Source: Octopus sinensis
Lineage: Eukaryota
Length of the DNA stretch: 10,052 bases
Assembly (NCBI RefSeq): GCF_006345805.1
Contig: NW_021827677.1
Coordinates: 1 to 10,052, forward strand
Direction: 5' to 3'
Shown in pieces: positions 7,996 through 10,052 of the stretch (position 1 is its first letter; every line of letters starts with the position of its first letter). Both the position numbers and the translations under genes were made by a program. The notes under the pieces were generated by a model. That model was not told the DNA's origin, made no database searches, and saw nothing but the letters and a program-made list of their open reading frames with translations.

Positions 7996-8180
7996 TACCT
8001 ATTTATTTATGAAAATATTAAATATATAAATATGCGCAGGGATTAGTTAGGAAGTTGGCTTCCCATGGTTTCACATAGTTTCAGGAAAACATACCTATAG
8101 GGAAATAAAACAGGGTGTCATATATGCACTTACGTGTGTTTATTTCGATATATATAATATATAAATGAGAATAAGCATGT

Positions 8181-8783
8181 CTAGATAAGACGGTCGACTC
8201 GCGGAGTATCGTATTTCTTCCTCTTCCTCATTTTTTTCTTCTCATCTGGGGGAGGGTGCGTCTCATCCGTGACCGGGAGATTCGCCTTCCCTCCCTCATC
8301 CCTAGGATCCATCGGTGAGCACCCATTATTGCTCACCTTGCGGCCCTTCTTTGAGGAGTCCTCCGTCTCCTCGGCCGCCTTCGTTCCTTCTGCTACAGAA
8401 GTCTCCATCAACTGCTCCAGGACTTTTCTTTGTTCCTGAGGACAGTTTTTCTTTATATGGCCAGGATCCAGGCACTGATGACAACTAGGGGCGGCGCAAC
8501 CCTCAAGAATCACCGAATACCTGCACCCGGTCATCCTAAAAAAATCTGGAAAAACCAGATTATCGGCTGATTGGGTCCACAGGGTCAAAACTGCTTTCGA
8601 CCCCACCCAATCAGCCGCAGGCAGAATTTTGACATTCAAGAGCTTGGCTCTCTTGCCACCCAGACAACGACGGATAGTGTATTCTATCCATTCGGGCTCT
8701 ATTCCGGGTGGCAAACCACACACCCAAGCTCTTGTCAATTTCCTCCCACCATATGTGGGGTGAAACAGAATTTTCTCCTCTTG
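8181..8783 (-). pseudogene. LINE ORF1 / gag-like fragment with CCHC zinc knuckle (L1/Tx1 type)
   Basis: Open frame from QEEKILFHPTYGGRKLTRAWVCGLPPGIEPEWI to CHQCLDPGHIKKNC (Cx2Cx4Hx4C) and a basic, disordered tail. No ATG start; the 5' end abuts a SINE remnant. Confidence 0.75.
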
Positions 8784-8799
8784 TTATAGTATCGTATAC

Positions 8800-8868
8800 A
8801 ATACGTTGGACATTTGTGCCGGCTCTACGTTCAAATTCCACCGAGGAGAAATAATTTCGTTTTCATCG
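8800..8868 (+). mobile_element. Internally deleted SINE family B remnant
   Basis: ACGTTGGACA..TTTGTGCCGGCTCTACGTTCAAATTCCACCGAGG..TTTTCATC. TTCAAATTCCACCGAGG is identical to copy 2. Confidence 0.6.
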
Positions 8869-8915
8869 TATATGTATGTGTGTGTGTGTATGTATATGTA
8901 TATATACATATAAAA

Positions 8916-9074
8916 GGCGCATGCACTCTGCGTGATAAGATGCTTGCTTCTCAACCACATAGTCCCAAGTTCAGTCCAACTGCGTGACACCTTAGATAAG
9001 TGTCTTCTAATATAGCCACGGGCCGACTAAAGCCTTGTGGGTGGATTTGGTAGACGGCAACTGAAAGAAACCCG

Positions 9075-9113
<39 letters not shown>

Positions 9114-9303
9114 TGTGTATTGTATGTCTGTGTGTTTGAATGTCTGTCTTTGTCCCCTCACCATCGCTTAACAAAAGATGGCGGTGTGTTTACGTCCCCG
9201 TAATCTAGCGGTTCGGAAAAAGTGACCGATAGAGTAAGTACTATGCTTACAAAGAATAAGTCCTGGGGCCGCAGTCAAATAATTACAATAAAAGAATAAA
9301 GAA
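8916..9303 (+). mobile_element. SINE family A copy with decayed promoter boxes and a 3' internal deletion
   Basis: Colinear with 4658-5078, with internal (TG)n at 9078-9135. The sequence between GTCCTGGGG and CCGCAGTC that is present in the 4658 copy is missing. Confidence 0.9.
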
Positions 9304-9307
9304 TATA

Positions 9308-9324
9308 TGTGTGTGTTTGTGTGA

Positions 9325-9378
<54 letters not shown>

Positions 9379-9576
9379 GTGTGTGTGTATGTATTTACGA
9401 TATTTTAGGTGTGGGAGATCTATACATCGAAGTAGATATTAATAACTGCGATGTAGTTTGAGCAACGTGTATGTTGATTTGTGTTTATGACTGTAAGTGG
9501 TATACAAGATCGTATTTTTCAGTGTATTTGTGATTAGATATGCATGAGAGCTTTGATAGTAATAGACCACCAACAT

Positions 9577-9617
<41 letters not shown>

Positions 9618-10052
9618 TACACACGCACACGCCAACCAGCCAACCAACCGCCATTAATGCGCCCACGCGCGCGCAAACATGAACACTCCGCGGAAGTTAA
9701 ACATATTCATATACATACACAAAAATGTATGCATAACCATTACTGCAGAAGGGTTTGTTTGTATGTGATTATACACATGATCGTATGTGCACGTGAGTGT
9801 CTATGTGTGTGTATGTATGTGTGTGTATGTATGTGCGTGTATGTGTGTGTGTGTGCGTGCGAGTGCGCGTGTGTCCAGCTAAGGACTAATCTATTTGACT
9901 ATGTATTATTGTTTCTGGACATGTTTATAGACCGTGATCATCTAAGTTTATGGTCAAATACTAGCATAATTTCATATGCTTCGGTACACACACACACACA
10001 CACACACACACCTGCACACACACAAACACACTCACACACACACAGTCACACA
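9308..10052. repeat. Cluster of alternating (TG)n and (CA)n microsatellites
   Basis: (TG)n 9308-9392, (CA)n 9578-9630, (TG/TATG)n ~9800-9874, (CA)n 9986-10052. Confidence 0.93.

Noticed and set aside
8033-8085. Possible extra SINE family A head (GCGCAGG..GAAGTTGGCTTCCCA)
   Set aside because: Too short and diverged to support.
3830-8783. ORF1 and ORF2 fragments as one disrupted full-length LINE
   Set aside because: Same strand and correct order, but the 3.6 kb between them contains no endonuclease or RT remnants, and the ORF2 piece is much more CpG-rich. Independent insertions are more likely.

Overview
Eukaryotic, microsatellite-saturated intergenic or intronic DNA. The SINE families and repeat density look cephalopod (Octopus-like); this comes from recall of the families, not from a database search. 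No host protein-coding gene is supported, and almost all ORF-track entries are translations of simple repeats. The real content is: (1) a 5'-truncated L1/Tx1-clade LINE ORF2 3' end plus 3' UTR (minus, ~3417-4572); (2) a separate L1/Tx1-type ORF1 (gag-like, CCHC knuckle) fragment (minus, 8181-8783); (3) two tRNA-derived SINE families in about 8 copies; (4) a 90-bp-arm inverted repeat whose arms each carry a minimal hammerhead-ribozyme core typical of Penelope-like elements (1922-2122); (5) a ~205-bp segment folded back into palindromes at both ends (5106-5310); (6) a probable old hAT-type MITE; and (7) many simple repeats. The most interesting signals are the inverted hammerhead pair, the double-foldback element, and the LINE whose many 1-nt frameshifts contrast with intact CpGs and which abuts a (GATA)n array.
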